The notes beneath the pieces were generated by a model. That model did no database searches and was not told the DNA's origin. It saw only the letters and a program-made list of their open reading frames with translations. This document shows positions 63,193 through 64,000 of a stretch of 64,000 nucleotides of DNA, one piece after another (within the stretch, counting starts at the first letter, position 1; every line of letters begins with the position of its first letter). This DNA comes from Eledone cirrhosa (lineage: Eukaryota): NCBI GenBank assembly GCA_964016885.1, contig OZ024740.1, positions 134,292,001-134,356,000 of the forward strand. Direction: 5' to 3'. Position numbers and translations under genes: made by a program.

Positions 63193-63267
63193 CATATGCA
63201 TACACTTAGGAATAAATAAATAAATAATAATGAAAAAAATAGGTATAAAATATATGTAATGCATATA

Positions 63268-63321
<54 letters not shown>

Positions 63322-63727
63322 TATATACATATGTATATATATATATATATATGCATTTTTATATGTATATAAAGAGAGAGAAAGAGAGAGAGATACATAC
63401 ATACAAACATACATACATACGCACATACATACATACTCTTTATTCTGTGCCTTATCGATCGACGGTGAACTTTTTAAAACATATTGTCTTAACTGTAGGG
63501 TTACGTCAACAAGATCAGGATGAAAGCAGAGAGAAATCGATACAAGGTAATCAATAAATAGGGTTATTCATATAAATCAATCTTCTCAGTGCGTAGATCG
63601 AATAAAATATTCTACGTTAAAGACGCAGAACAGTAAAGGTTATAAACATGAATTATAGTCTTGATATTTCGGAGGTTATATATATGCGTGTGTGTGCATC
63701 TATGTATTTGTGTGTTTGTTTATATAA

Positions 63728-63761
<34 letters not shown>

Positions 63762-63911
63762 CTGTGTATGTGTGTGTGTGTGTGTGTACATATATATTAT
63801 ATTATATATAATACATGGCAAACTGGCGTACACCTTCCTAGATACTCCGAGTTTCCTGATGTCTGTTGGTCTTACTTCGTTCGTCAGCTGTCGTGAAGTC
63901 ACCATATATAT

Positions 63912-64000
<89 letters not shown>

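Overview
AT-rich, microsatellite-saturated animal genomic DNA, probably intronic or intergenic. A coleoid cephalopod (octopus-like) origin is inferred from the repeat landscape and SINE types, not proven. No host gene can be firmly called, and nearly all ORF-track entries are microsatellite translations. The window is a retroelement graveyard containing many tRNA-derived SINEs, decayed LINEs (RTE, Tx1/L1, R4/Dong-type RLE, CR1-like), one hAT MITE and numerous Penelope-like element (PLE) pieces. The most striking part is a ~6.6 kb PLE pile-up at 32.9-39.5 kb, in which consecutive units are separated by (TA)n. It includes an uninterrupted 528-codon RT+GIY-YIG frame. Read by eye, the PLE pseudo-LTRs contain type I hammerhead ribozyme folds, with both the canonical C3-G8 core (CUGAGGA) and the compensatory U3-A8 core (UUGAAAA). 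There is also a family of tiny (120-210 bp) TA-flanked fold-back elements built from the 3' half of a hammerhead. Different retroelement families appear to occupy different microsatellite types. All family assignments rest on motif recognition by eye; no database search was run.
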